64,000 nt of DNA from positions 35,691 through 99,690 of IMG/VR virus record IMGVR_UViG_3300047297_000301; one strand, written 5' to 3'. This document shows positions 19,155-29,781 of this stretch, piece after piece. The stretch comes from a virus. A program made the translations under genes and the position numbers. The notes under the pieces are model-generated. The model was not told where the DNA came from and did not search any database. It saw nothing but the letters and a program-made list of their open reading frames with translations. The number at the start of each line of letters is the position of its first letter. The first letter of the stretch is position 1.

Positions 19155-19401
19155 GTACGGCTAGTCTCTTTTTTAGTTCTTGTAAGCCACCAACATATTC
19201 ACCATCAAGGAAAATTTGTGGAACGCTGCGAGCGTTAGGCACTTTTTCAATTAAATCTTTTTTTGTATATGTACCAACACCAATCATACATTCTGTATAC
19301 TCAATAGCGTATGATGTTAGTAAACGTTTGGCTTCTTGGCAAGCAGGACAATTAGTTTGTGACCAAACTTCTGCTTTATTCCGATTCAATTTTGTCTGCA
19401 T
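19123..19401 (-). CDS. glutaredoxin
   Basis: CPAC active site, RSVPQIF, VGG. Confidence 0.9.
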   Translation of the reverse strand: MQTKLNRNKAEVWSQTNCPACQEAKRLLTSYAIEYTECMIGVGTYTKKDLIEKVPNARSVPQIFLDGEYVGGLQELKKRLAVHDNYKTTTMG

Positions 19402-20332
19402 GATTTTGAAATTCCTTTAATACGTTTTCAATAGTATCTTCTGGCAACTCTAGGATATATGCAAGATACTCACGAATTTCTTCACTCATAGACATTTCTT
19501 TGTCTAAGATTAGTGCGCTATCTGTATCACGCTTAATTACTTTGCGATCAATTAACTCTGAATCCTCGAGTTCGCCAAGTTCTTGCATATCGCCTTCAAC
19601 TTGATAGATTGTATGATCGTAGTCAGTTTGAGGTTTAGGGTCGTGTACAGCTACTGTCTTACGAATAAGTTGTGGTAATTGTAGTTTACGCCACTCGTGA
19701 GTTAAAGACTCGGTATCCAGTATAACTACACCAGTATCCACATTATGACGATGAAAACTAGTAGTAACGGGACTGCCAGGATAAATGATATTTTTCTGAC
19801 AGTTTTCATAGCTGTGTAAGTCACCTGCTAAAACAACATCATAACTAGCAAATAACTCTAGATCCATTTCAGGTTTTACGTGTGGAGGGATCTCTCCTCG
19901 AACGTGTGTAAAGCAAATGTTTCCACGAATTTGGAAAGGATTCTTTTCAAATTCTTTTAATTTATTATATGGTATAAAATCCATATTTTCCACTTTACAG
20001 TAGTCATCAATAATTTCTACTTGTGGATTTAGGCGATTGGTTACTTGTTTTAGGTTAGTAAGGAAAGTTGTATCCTTTTTAACTGCTTCATGATTTCCTG
20101 CATAAATAATAGTAGGAATCTTGCATGAATTAACCAAATCAAAATATGTTTCTAATTCTTCCATGTTAGGAAGCTTGTCAAAAACATCTCCGCCAATAAC
20201 AAAAAGATCACATTCTGTTTGCATATCTTCTAGTTGTTGCCAAAGCATATTAAACCTATTTTTAGCCCATTCAATAGGTACGTTCTTCTGACCCAATTTA
20301 ATATGGACGTCAGCTGTAAATAATACTTTCAT
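19376..20332 (-). CDS. D12: SbcD/Mre11-like nuclease (T5 D12-like)
   Basis: ADVH, GGDVFD, GNHE, GDLH and YPGSP metallophosphoesterase motifs. Confidence 0.9.
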   Translation of the reverse strand: MKVLFTADVHIKLGQKNVPIEWAKNRFNMLWQQLEDMQTECDLFVIGGDVFDKLPNMEELETYFDLVNSCKIPTIIYAGNHEAVKKDTTFLTNLKQVTNRLNPQVEIIDDYCKVENMDFIPYNKLKEFEKNPFQIRGNICFTHVRGEIPPHVKPEMDLELFASYDVVLAGDLHSYENCQKNIIYPGSPVTTSFHRHNVDTGVVILDTESLTHEWRKLQLPQLIRKTVAVHDPKPQTDYDHTIYQVEGDMQELGELEDSELIDRKVIKRDTDSALILDKEMSMSEEIREYLAYILELPEDTIENVLKEFQNHADKIESE

Positions 20333-20349
20333 AGTGCCTTATGAGACAG

Positions 20350-20382
20350 AAAAGCCCGCTAAGCATTTCGTTTAGCGGGCTT
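20350..20382 (-). terminator. intrinsic terminator
   Basis: AAGCCCGCTAA..TTAGCGGGCTT hairpin. Confidence 0.7.
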
Positions 20383-20389
20383 AAGTTTT

Positions 20390-21028
20390 TTAACCAAGTT
20401 CTTTGACTGCTTCTTGCTCAGAAGTTTCGGCTTCGCCGTCTTCTGCGTTGGTAGTAATTTTCTCCAACAAGGCTTTTACATCTGCTTCTGTAGGACGAGG
20501 AAATTTCTCATCAATGTTTTTAGCAGCATCTGCCAAGGCACGCTCTTCAGTAGTTAGTGGGCGGGCTTTGCAACGCAAAACTTGTAGGGTATATTCAACA
20601 TTAAAAGGCAGAGGGCCTGTCTTTACACGCTTGAATACAACATCCCAACCTGTATCATGGTCAGTGGGGTCTCCTAAATCTTCAGCCGCTGTAACAATTT
20701 GCTCAAACAACTTCTTTTTCAAGTTAAGTGCAACAACTTTTTGCGACTTAGGGTCAATACAATTTACAGAATAACTCCAAGAGCATTTTGCTTCTGGAAA
20801 GTATTCGTTAACATGATCTTTCTCAATGTTGTCAAACTTCTCCTTTTCACGACTAAACGCTAAACATTCAACTGGAATATCTTTGTTATTAGTGCCTTTC
20901 AGCCAATAAATGTATCGTGGAAGAACTCCGCCAATTAAGCGGACTGTATTTTCGCCGTCTTTGTATTCGTAAGATTCGACTTTGTTTGATTGTGCTTTAC
21001 CTTTGGTATTTTTAAAACTAAGTGCCAT
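20390..21028 (-). CDS. D11: single-stranded DNA-binding protein (T5 D11-like)
   Basis: synteny, OB-like pattern, acidic C-terminus. Confidence 0.75.
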   Translation of the reverse strand: MALSFKNTKGKAQSNKVESYEYKDGENTVRLIGGVLPRYIYWLKGTNNKDIPVECLAFSREKEKFDNIEKDHVNEYFPEAKCSWSYSVNCIDPKSQKVVALNLKKKLFEQIVTAAEDLGDPTDHDTGWDVVFKRVKTGPLPFNVEYTLQVLRCKARPLTTEERALADAAKNIDEKFPRPTEADVKALLEKITTNAEDGEAETSEQEAVKELG

Positions 21029-21032
21029 TTTT

Positions 21033-21416
21033 TTATTTTTCCTCGTATTTGAAGTGAATTTTGTTTTCTGTTATTTTTAGTAGCGGATTTGATTTTAGTG
21101 CGTTTAAGTCAATATCTGAATAAAAAGATAGGTCTAGATATGTGTAACCGTAATGCTTATATATGGCGTAATTTCTACGCCCCGCTAATCTTATGTATTG
21201 TGCTTTATGTACAATATCTGTGCTGGTATCAGTAAATAAACGAGCAGGGTTTATTAGAAAACTATTACCCTTTAAGTTAAAAATCGGTTTGATTTTACTG
21301 TATTGGTTTTTAGGAATAGATTTTCTAATAAAATGCAATCTTAAAATTTCAACTAATTTTGTAGAGTCACATTGTGTTTCGGACTCAAGCAATCCAAGGT
21401 TGAAGAAAAGGGTCAT
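21033..21416 (-). CDS. conserved T5-like hypothetical protein
   Basis: position between D10 and D11; NPLL motif. Confidence 0.55.
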   Translation of the reverse strand: MTLFFNLGLLESETQCDSTKLVEILRLHFIRKSIPKNQYSKIKPIFNLKGNSFLINPARLFTDTSTDIVHKAQYIRLAGRRNYAIYKHYGYTYLDLSFYSDIDLNALKSNPLLKITENKIHFKYEEK

Positions 21417-21476
21417 ATACTGAAACTTAATAAATATTATACCATTTTAGATATCATTTGACAAGTGAAATTTTAT

Positions 21477-22769
21477 CTACGCTAATACTTTCCAGCCTTT
21501 GCGGAGATAAAGCCCTAACCTATCTGTATTTTGCTTCTTATCAGCGTATCCAGCAAATTGAATGTCTACTATAATTGGGTCTAGTTTACCGTCATGCATT
21601 CGCATAATCCTACCAGCAATTTGTTCTAGTAAACTATCGTTTGACATAGGAACTGCTAAAATTACGCAACTTAGGATGTTGATTGAAATTCCCTCTGAAA
21701 ATATTTGCCTACTACCAGCAATGCACATTTTTTCTTTGGCAAGGATTTGCTCTTTTGCTCGTTGTCTATCTTCAAAACTGGTTCCCCCAGTAACCAACAA
21801 ACACGTTTCACCGACATACTCTTTTACCTTTTCTAAGAATTCTACTCGATCAGCAATAACTAATACACTATGCCCATCAGCAATGTGCATTTTAGCTATA
21901 TCTGAAATAAACTGTCTGTATTTGTCATCTTGAGTAAGATCAGTAATCTTATCTACCCAAGTAGCATTTGGTTTAAGTGTAATTCCACTTTTAACCATGT
22001 GTATAGTAGGTGGTATAGTATTAGAAGCAGGTGGCTTTAGTACTGTTGTACCAAAATAATCTTTGAATAAGATATGTTTACCGTCTTTTCTGATCATAGT
22101 ACCACTAAGAGCTATTCTATAACGTGCATGAAAAGCATCAATTGTTGCTGCAAATGTAGTCGCAGGACAGTGATGTGCTTCGTCTAAGATAACTGTTCCA
22201 AACTCTTTGGAAAGTTCAACAGTATGCTTAACTAAAGTCTGTATATTTGCAACTGTAATAAAATGATCTTCATAGTCTAAATCACCGCCGCCTATAATCC
22301 CGCACTCACAACCAAATAGAGTTTCAACTTCCTCAACCCACTGATCTCGTAAGGCAGCAGTGTGAGTAATAACCAAGGTCTTCTGTCCAAACTTTCTAGC
22401 AAGATGTAATGCCGTAAAAGTCTTTCCCCAACCTGGTAAAGCATTAATAAAACAAGTACCCTCTACTTCATTGTAGATTGTTTGTTGATCTTCATATAAC
22501 TCAAATTTAGGGACAGGAAAAGGAGCAGGAACTAAAACTCGTTTATCTATTACTTCGTAATCTTTAGGAATTAAATCTAATCGACCTTGTGGAATAGAAA
22601 GAATACCCTTGATTAGCGACTTATAATTTTTTATTGTTTCGATACTAGCAAATTTCTTTGAGCCAGTATCTTTGTGTATTTTGTAGGTAAGAGACTTAAT
22701 TACGTGTTTTGTATGTTCTACGCCTGGATTATCTAAGTATATTCTATTTGATATAACTGCTTTTGCCAC
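21477..22769 (-). CDS. D10: SF2 helicase (T5 D10-like)
   Basis: PGWGKT, DEAHH, LSGT and QIAGRIMR motifs. Confidence 0.9.
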   Translation of the reverse strand: MAKAVISNRIYLDNPGVEHTKHVIKSLTYKIHKDTGSKKFASIETIKNYKSLIKGILSIPQGRLDLIPKDYEVIDKRVLVPAPFPVPKFELYEDQQTIYNEVEGTCFINALPGWGKTFTALHLARKFGQKTLVITHTAALRDQWVEEVETLFGCECGIIGGGDLDYEDHFITVANIQTLVKHTVELSKEFGTVILDEAHHCPATTFAATIDAFHARYRIALSGTMIRKDGKHILFKDYFGTTVLKPPASNTIPPTIHMVKSGITLKPNATWVDKITDLTQDDKYRQFISDIAKMHIADGHSVLVIADRVEFLEKVKEYVGETCLLVTGGTSFEDRQRAKEQILAKEKMCIAGSRQIFSEGISINILSCVILAVPMSNDSLLEQIAGRIMRMHDGKLDPIIVDIQFAGYADKKQNTDRLGLYLRKGWKVLA

Positions 22770-23299
22770 TATACTAATCTCCAAGTATCTTTTTGTGGAT
22801 ACTCATAGTATCCGTAGAATAGATAGCTATTATCCATATATAAAACTCCTGCATATTGATGGTAGCTTTCAGGCTGTATCATAGTTTTGAATCGGTGACT
22901 TACACCTTCTAATTCTAATACACACCCTATGCCATCCGCAGGTAAAACTTTAATAATCTTCTTTGTTGTTAGTTTGGCGCGCGTAGATTTTTTATGTTGA
23001 AAAACCTGTCCGTGGCTATCAATAAACCATGTTGTTGATTTTGCTAACTTAATAATATCTACAAGAAAGTATACTGCTGAACTTATAGGAAACAACGTTG
23101 CTTTACCTTGTAAAGCGAGTCTTCGTAAACCTAATGTGGGCTTATTGATGGACTTATCGTCTACAAACCTATAGTTTGTTGTGTGTTCAGCAGTATCCTT
23201 ATCACTATATTCTGATTTATAGTATACTATGCCATTATCTTGTTCAGGTTGTTTCTCACCCAGCCTGAACACGGGAAATACGATCTCCTGCAACTTCAT
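22769..23299 (-). CDS. conserved T5-like hypothetical protein
   Basis: between pol and D10 as in T5; start MKLQEIV. Confidence 0.6.
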   Translation of the reverse strand: MKLQEIVFPVFRLGEKQPEQDNGIVYYKSEYSDKDTAEHTTNYRFVDDKSINKPTLGLRRLALQGKATLFPISSAVYFLVDIIKLAKSTTWFIDSHGQVFQHKKSTRAKLTTKKIIKVLPADGIGCVLELEGVSHRFKTMIQPESYHQYAGVLYMDNSYLFYGYYEYPQKDTWRLV

Positions 23300-25547
23300 A
23301 GTAATCTTCCCAATCGCCAAAACTATAATCACTACCAATATCTTGGTCAACGCCAATAGGGAATCCAGGTATACCGCAACCCCAATCGTGCTGAGTATTA
23401 CGCTTTAGTATTTCACAATATTGATCTACGTGCTCTTCTTTAACCAATGCCACGATTGAGTCGTGGACAAGCATGAAGATTTTTGCGTCAATGTTTTTTG
23501 TTGCAATTTCGTTTGCAGTTCGCATAGCTCCAAGTAAGTTAACGTCACTTGCAAGCGACTGCACTTCTGCATTAATACCACTTCGTACTTCGTGGGCGGC
23601 AATTCCTTTGTCGCTGGAAAATACATTAGGAAGGCGTCTTTTTCTTCCAAAAAAGCTGTAAGTATATCCATTTTGTTCAATAAATGATTTTCTGGTATCT
23701 AACCACTGCTTTAGTTTGCTAAATTTCTTAAAGTATTGCTTAATATCTTCTCTGGCTCTGTCAACTGGATATTCTTCACCAGTAGCTTTAGATACAGTCT
23801 GAGATACTTTGTTAGCGCCTGAACCATACAAGATACCGAATGAAATAGCTTTAGCACTTTGACGCTTGCCGCCATACTTCTTTTTAACTTCTTCTACAGG
23901 ACAGGTCAAATCAAACACCATTTTAGCAATAGTTGAGTGAAAATCTCCGCCACTAGAGAATACTTCTTGTAAGTTCTTGTCGCCTGACAACACAGCTGCA
24001 TAATACATTTCAGCTGTGGTCAAGTCTTGCGAAACGATCTTAAAACCCTCTGGAGCCTTGATGCAACCTTTGATAATAGGATTGTCGCGAGGTATTTGCT
24101 GAGCGTTGAACTTCCCAGAACTACTAAGCCTACCGCTAGTAGTAAATATAAGATTAAAATTTGTACGTATGCGACCATCACGGTCAAGCTCTGGTAAAAT
24201 CTTTGAAATATAGGTGTTTTGGATTTTTCCAAGTTGTCGAACCTTTAAAATCGCCGCAGGGAGTGGGTGCTCTTCTGACAACTGGTCGAGTACCTCAGCA
24301 TCTGTTGAGATTGCACCTGTAGCAGTTTTCTTTCCAGTGGGGGATAAACCAAGATAGTCAAAAAGAACAACGCGTAACTGCATAACACTGTTGGGATTAA
24401 ATATCTTTCCTGTATCCTGTTCAAAACGCTTAACAGCTTCAAAACCATATACCACCTGCTTAGCTTTCTCAATTTCTTCGTCAAGATACAAATTAGCTGC
24501 TGCCATTCGTTCTTGACTAATAGGGATTCCTACTTCTTCCATGTCCATTAAGAACAGTGTACCAGGAACAAGTATAGTTTCGTATACAAAACGTAATTTA
24601 TCATTAGCCTGTACTATAGGCCAAAATTTCATAAATAAGTCGTATGTTACGGCAGTATCAATACTAGCATAACGACTAATAGTGTTAAAAGGAATAAGGT
24701 CATAAGTAAAGTCATCTTGCAAGACGCCATTCTTAGCACAGTATTCTTTTTTGAAGTCGTCTAACTCTGAGTCATAGTCACCATAGTCTGTATATTTAAG
24801 TGCAAGTGACTTTAGACCATGTGAGTCAGTTTCGTCTAATACATAATGCATAACCATTGTATCATGTACTCGGCTACGATTAAATGTTAAACCTAAGTGA
24901 TAGGCTAGCATTTTATAGTCAAATTTCATGTTATGGAATACAATATAAAAAGTATTACAAATCTTTTGCAGTAATTCTATGCACTCTTCATCCATAGCAT
25001 CACATAAAATGTATCTGCCATGTTTAGATTTATAACTAATGGAAACACCAAGCACATATCCATCACGAGGATAAAGCCCAGTTGTTTCTGTGTCTAGTGC
25101 AACATAGCCTTGAGCATTTTCAAGAACTTCCAATAAGAACTCACGGGCTTCTTGAGTATTATCAATACCTTTGAAGTCACCTTCAGTTGCTGGACGTAGT
25201 GTGCCTTCCATATATTTATGGATACGATCACAAGCACGTTGAAAGTCTGGTTTACCTTCTGGCTTAAAAGCTAACATTGCAGGATTTGAAATAGCAATAA
25301 ACTTATCTGCAACTAATTGGCCAGCCATATTAGTTACTGATGTAATTTTAGCATATTCTTTAGCAGCTTCTGCACCTACAAGAATAACGTAGTCATAAGG
25401 CTCTAAGTCTACTTCTAAGTCTACATCTTTTTTAAGTAGTTTAGTAATAGGAACTGAACTCATGTGGTAATGGTCAAAATCAAAGTTAAAGTATTCACGA
25501 TACTTTGTACGATTTGGGGCTTTGTCAATTAATGCAATTTTTTTCAT
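23256..25547 (-). CDS. pol: DNA polymerase family A with 3'-5' exonuclease
   Basis: LDTETTGL, HNMKFD, TTSGRLSS, RQSAKAISFGILYG and LVHDS motifs. Confidence 0.95.
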   Translation of the reverse strand: MKKIALIDKAPNRTKYREYFNFDFDHYHMSSVPITKLLKKDVDLEVDLEPYDYVILVGAEAAKEYAKITSVTNMAGQLVADKFIAISNPAMLAFKPEGKPDFQRACDRIHKYMEGTLRPATEGDFKGIDNTQEAREFLLEVLENAQGYVALDTETTGLYPRDGYVLGVSISYKSKHGRYILCDAMDEECIELLQKICNTFYIVFHNMKFDYKMLAYHLGLTFNRSRVHDTMVMHYVLDETDSHGLKSLALKYTDYGDYDSELDDFKKEYCAKNGVLQDDFTYDLIPFNTISRYASIDTAVTYDLFMKFWPIVQANDKLRFVYETILVPGTLFLMDMEEVGIPISQERMAAANLYLDEEIEKAKQVVYGFEAVKRFEQDTGKIFNPNSVMQLRVVLFDYLGLSPTGKKTATGAISTDAEVLDQLSEEHPLPAAILKVRQLGKIQNTYISKILPELDRDGRIRTNFNLIFTTSGRLSSSGKFNAQQIPRDNPIIKGCIKAPEGFKIVSQDLTTAEMYYAAVLSGDKNLQEVFSSGGDFHSTIAKMVFDLTCPVEEVKKKYGGKRQSAKAISFGILYGSGANKVSQTVSKATGEEYPVDRAREDIKQYFKKFSKLKQWLDTRKSFIEQNGYTYSFFGRKRRLPNVFSSDKGIAAHEVRSGINAEVQSLASDVNLLGAMRTANEIATKNIDAKIFMLVHDSIVALVKEEHVDQYCEILKRNTQHDWGCGIPGFPIGVDQDIGSDYSFGDWEDYYEVAGDRISRVQAG

Positions 25548-25575
25548 TTTAATACTTTCTTATAGCGTATTGTGG

Positions 25576-26430
25576 CTATTTGGTTATATATTCGGCAATC
25601 GAACGAACTTTAAATACATCAAGCTCACCTGGATCTTTGTCATCAGGTAGTTTGATAATTTCTACAATAAAGTTCTCTGCTTCAATTAGAGGTTTTAGGG
25701 CTTTGGCAGCTTTATCGCCTGCCTCGTCACCATCAAATAAAAGATATATATGAGTAATACCTTGTGCTTTAAACGGCAAAAGTTTTTGTTTTGTGTCATT
25801 TTGTAATGTGTTTGTGCCAAAAGCACATACTACGTTTTCTAAACCTTTATCATAAAGATTTAGCATATCAAACACCCCTTCTACAATTACCATTGATTGA
25901 TAACCGCTTGGAAGATGTGCAGGAAATACTGGCATACGAACACCGCTAGGGTAGTTAATATATCTTGGATTTCCGTTTGACAGAGTATGTCTACCAACAA
26001 ACACTACTATTTTACCAGTAATGTCTTTAACAGGAAATATAATTCTGTCTTGTAGTTTTTCAACTACGTTTGTGTAAAATGCTCCAAAGTATTTTAAAGT
26101 TTGGGGACTCACTCCACGGAACTGCTTTAGGTAAGGAGTGTGCCCGTTAGGTAACTCTAGTCCTAAGTGGCTTGTTTTTAGCTCATTTAATTTTTCCTTG
26201 AGAGCCGCAATCTTCATAGGTACAGGATTAGTAAAAACCCCATAATATTTAAATAAGTTTGTTTTAAAGCCACAACTAAAGCAATGAGCAACACCAGTAA
26301 CTCGATCAACACGAAAACTAGGATTGGAATCCTCGTGATCTGGGTTTAAGCATTTAATAAGGTAGTCGCGGCCCGACACGCTAAATGTTAAACTGTTTTT
26401 ATTAATTAGTTCTAGTACTGGATCGCTCAT
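25576..26430 (-). CDS. DNA primase
   Basis: CLNPDHED.NPS..CFSC zinc finger, VEGVFD, FDGDEAG TOPRIM. Confidence 0.9.
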   Translation of the reverse strand: MSDPVLELINKNSLTFSVSGRDYLIKCLNPDHEDSNPSFRVDRVTGVAHCFSCGFKTNLFKYYGVFTNPVPMKIAALKEKLNELKTSHLGLELPNGHTPYLKQFRGVSPQTLKYFGAFYTNVVEKLQDRIIFPVKDITGKIVVFVGRHTLSNGNPRYINYPSGVRMPVFPAHLPSGYQSMVIVEGVFDMLNLYDKGLENVVCAFGTNTLQNDTKQKLLPFKAQGITHIYLLFDGDEAGDKAAKALKPLIEAENFIVEIIKLPDDKDPGELDVFKVRSIAEYITK

Positions 26431-26431
26431 T

Positions 26432-27820
26432 TTAATTCCATGGTAAGTCAGCGTTTGTGTCGTCTTGTTTTAGATCTTGAGATTGTGTTTTCTTGCCAGC
26501 TTTTTTAACAACTTCCTTAGCGGCAGGTTTATCCACTGACTGTGGGCTAATGCGTAAGGTATCCCAGTCGATCGGGCACGTAAATGCCATTTCCTTGCCC
26601 CCGCGAATCTTAGTGGTCTCAAACGAGATTGCATTAGTTTCTTTGTCATGCGCTTCCATTGTAAGGGCGATATCTGCTGCGTCCAAGATGCCCTTGGCAA
26701 ATCGCGCCTCACCACTTGCGTCGATTTGGTACGGAGATACAAGGACGATCTCGTACTTTCGCGCAAGGTTTTTGAGCTTTTTGGATATTTCAATTTGAGG
26801 TTTCCAGTCATATTGATCCGTGCCTTCTAGTACAATTTGGTTAATGTAATCTACAACTACAACTTTTAGTTTATCGCCAAACTTTGCTTTGGCTTTACCA
26901 ATATGCAGGTCAATACTGCTTAGGGTAAGATCACGATCGTCAACAATAATCATTTGATTATCTACTTTAAGTGTATGATTTCGTACTAGATGTTCTTCAA
27001 ATTTAAATCTATCTCTGTGACGCATAAATTCTGTAATAGTAGGATCAGCATCTTGGAACATTCCTGCTCGGGCTTTTACTACTCGAAGAACTTCATCGTC
27101 AGTTAGTTTGTGTTGTTTGAGATTCTGCAGGTTCACATTGGCTAAAATAGCCATGTTACGCTCCATTGTCTCTTGAGCCGTCATTTCTATTGAGAAGTAA
27201 ATGCTGCTATTACCAGATTCATACTGATTAACAAAGATATTACTACTAGTAATAGATTTGCCAGATCCACGCTTTCCTCCGACGAGGATGAGTTCCTGGC
27301 GAGCCACTCCGCCAAGCACAGCGTCAAAAGTATTATTAAGACCCAAATAAACACGTTCTTTCTCCAAATCATCAGGATGACGAAACATCATCATGTCAGC
27401 CATTGTAAATACTTTCTCACTGGTGTGAGTCTTTTCTTCGATTGTTAATGCTAGGCTTGCTAAGTTATCTTTTATTTCGTTTGAATCGTAAAGCGGTAGT
27501 TTGTCTACAAATTTGTCTAATAATTTTACTGTTTCATTTTGTGTATACTGATCTATTAGCGCATCTAGCGCTACTTCAGCTGAAACGTCAGGCACCTCGG
27601 TTAACCGAAGGGTTGCTAACGTCTTGGACGCTGGACCCTCCCTTAAGGTTAGCTCAAGATCGTCAAATGACGGAACGGCACTGTATTTCTCGTAATACTT
27701 ATTTATAGCACCGTACAAGGAAGAGTACGCAGCGTCCAAAAATACTAACTTAAGTTTAGCCCAGATATCTAGGTTTCGCTCAGTTAGCAATTTATTTAAG
27801 ACTACTGCTGATGTATCCAA
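26432..27820 (-). CDS. DnaB-like replicative helicase
   Basis: GGKRGSGKS, FSIEM and VVDYIN motifs; TTG start. Confidence 0.9.
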   Translation of the reverse strand: MDTSAVVLNKLLTERNLDIWAKLKLVFLDAAYSSLYGAINKYYEKYSAVPSFDDLELTLREGPASKTLATLRLTEVPDVSAEVALDALIDQYTQNETVKLLDKFVDKLPLYDSNEIKDNLASLALTIEEKTHTSEKVFTMADMMMFRHPDDLEKERVYLGLNNTFDAVLGGVARQELILVGGKRGSGKSITSSNIFVNQYESGNSSIYFSIEMTAQETMERNMAILANVNLQNLKQHKLTDDEVLRVVKARAGMFQDADPTITEFMRHRDRFKFEEHLVRNHTLKVDNQMIIVDDRDLTLSSIDLHIGKAKAKFGDKLKVVVVDYINQIVLEGTDQYDWKPQIEISKKLKNLARKYEIVLVSPYQIDASGEARFAKGILDAADIALTMEAHDKETNAISFETTKIRGGKEMAFTCPIDWDTLRISPQSVDKPAAKEVVKKAGKKTQSQDLKQDDTNADLPWN

Positions 27821-27822
27821 GA

Positions 27823-28122
27823 TTACCCTACTTTCGATTCGTTATCAATAATAACTTGGTCAATAATTTCTGTGACTTTATAGAGAACAGACTCTCTTAA
27901 TTTTTTAATATCTTGTTGATAAGCAGTATCTTTGTCATATAGTAGACTCAACTGCTCATGCGTAATTAGTTGTTGTAATCCAAAATAGATATGGTCATAT
28001 GCCATAGTCGATTCAGGCATAATTTCTATTTGTACAGCTTTGCCATAGTTGTGAACGGCTTGTTTGACAACTTCTTCTATTGTAAAGGAGTCGTTGTCAT
28101 GATATGTAAGTTTAACTTTCAT
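27823..28122 (-). CDS. hypothetical protein
   Basis: start MKVKLTY. Confidence 0.55.
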   Translation of the reverse strand: MKVKLTYHDNDSFTIEEVVKQAVHNYGKAVQIEIMPESTMAYDHIYFGLQQLITHEQLSLLYDKDTAYQQDIKKLRESVLYKVTEIIDQVIIDNESKVG

Positions 28123-28194
28123 ACTCGACTCTCTAAAGTAAAAAAGGTCGGGAGCTCTTTGAAAACTCCCGACCAATCGTTTTATAAAACTAGA

Positions 28195-28941
28195 TTAAGC
28201 AGCAGCTTTGGCTTCTGCTTTGGCTTTCTTAGCAGCACCATCATAGTCAGCAACTTTGATGCCACGACGTGTCAACAATGTACGAAGACCACGTTCTGTT
28301 TTGTCAACAGCTTTAGCAATGTCAGCAACAGTCATACCAGTAATGCGATCACCTAAAGCGGTAACAGGATCAACTGTCTCTTTTGCATGAGAAACACGCT
28401 GTGCGGGAATCTTAGCAATTTGACCTTTGCGTGTCAGACTCAAAGCCTTACCACGGACAGAAGCAACTGTCTTGTTCAATGCACTAGCGATATCTTCGAT
28501 GAAGCTACCTGCATCAGCCATAGCGATAAACTTAGCTTCTTCAGCTTCAGTATATGTACGAGCCACTTCAACTTTTTCAGCAGGCTTAACAGAACCTGTC
28601 AATTCCAAAGCCAAGAGTTTACCTTGAATTTGTTTTGCGGAAAAAGAGCCACCAGCAAATGCTTCGGCGATTTCTTTGTAAGTCAGATTACCAGCGTTGT
28701 TAACAACGAAGTCTGACAAGTCAGCGCTTTGTTCAGGTGTAAATGCGCTAGTCTTTTCTTTAGCCATAGAAGCTACTTCAAAATCCATTTGACGGAGTTT
28801 AGAAGCAACAGAACGAGTTGTGAAACCAAGGGCTTCAGCGGCTTGTTCAACAGTGTTAACGCTAACGGGGGATTGTCCACCAACCATGTTGGTTAATTGA
28901 GCAACGGCTTCGTCAGACCACTTTTTTGTTTTTTCAGTCAT
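28195..28941 (-). CDS. D5: T5 D5-like DNA-binding regulator
   Basis: repeated HTH-like units (RSVASKLR, SVRGKALSL, GLRTLLTRRG); synteny. Confidence 0.8.
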   Translation of the reverse strand: MTEKTKKWSDEAVAQLTNMVGGQSPVSVNTVEQAAEALGFTTRSVASKLRQMDFEVASMAKEKTSAFTPEQSADLSDFVVNNAGNLTYKEIAEAFAGGSFSAKQIQGKLLALELTGSVKPAEKVEVARTYTEAEEAKFIAMADAGSFIEDIASALNKTVASVRGKALSLTRKGQIAKIPAQRVSHAKETVDPVTALGDRITGMTVADIAKAVDKTERGLRTLLTRRGIKVADYDGAAKKAKAEAKAAA

Positions 28942-29695
28942 TTTTTATTTCTTTCAAGAAATTATTTAAGTTTGTGATAATTGTAATACCGAGAGACTCG
29001 GCTTTTTTGCGTTTTGAACTACCTTTATCTTCTTCATCAACTAAATAATCTGTGGCTTTCGTCACAGACTCTACTGGTGTGTAGCCTGCCTCTTCTAATG
29101 CTTTGTAGGCTTCTGCTTTAGTTTTATAAGAAGATAATTTTCCTGTGATACAAATAGTTTTTTGATTAGTATTTGTACTGGAATTCTTTTGAGATTTAAA
29201 CGAGAAAGGCAAAAACTCTCTCATCTCTTGGAAATCAGTTTCAAGCCAAGCAACTAAGTTTTGTGTAACTTTGTCGCCAAGTCCAGCTTGCTTGCAAGTA
29301 GTGTAACTGATCTCGTCTACAGATGTAACTACTTCACACAATTTCTTACTTGCGGTCGAACCAACTAATGGAATAGAAAAACTTGCAATAACTGTTGCTA
29401 GGTCAGCAGATTTACTGCGTTCAATTTCGTCTAACAGTTTTAGTGCTACTTTTTCACTTCCGAGTGATTCAACAACTTGTTCTGAATCAAGATAAAACAA
29501 TTCAGTAATATCTGACAAGCCAAGTTTTTCAACTGTGCGAGAACCCATACCTTTAATACCAAGAGTCTTACAGAAGTGTTCGACCTTTTTATTTAACTGA
29601 GCACCACAAGCCGTGTTTCTACAAAAGAGCTGATCGTTGACCAGTTCTAAAGGATAATTACAGCAGGGGCATTCGGTTGGTATTTCGATTCTCAT
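28934..29695 (-). CDS. NAD-dependent DNA ligase, subunit B (Zn finger, HhH, BRCT)
   Basis: CPCC..C.N..C, HhH, ICITGKL..SSKRKKA BRCT. Confidence 0.9.
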   Translation of the reverse strand: MRIEIPTECPCCNYPLELVNDQLFCRNTACGAQLNKKVEHFCKTLGIKGMGSRTVEKLGLSDITELFYLDSEQVVESLGSEKVALKLLDEIERSKSADLATVIASFSIPLVGSTASKKLCEVVTSVDEISYTTCKQAGLGDKVTQNLVAWLETDFQEMREFLPFSFKSQKNSSTNTNQKTICITGKLSSYKTKAEAYKALEEAGYTPVESVTKATDYLVDEEDKGSSKRKKAESLGITIITNLNNFLKEIKND

Positions 29696-29781
29696 AGTTT
29701 ATTTATCAATTTAAGTATCTATTATACTAGATTAAGTCGCCTAGGACAAGTGAAAATTTCTTTTGCCCTAAGCCAAAAATT

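Noticed and set aside
12935-25547. Inteins or introns in nrdJ, helicase or polymerase
   Set aside because: ORFs are continuous, of normal length, with no splicing motifs seen
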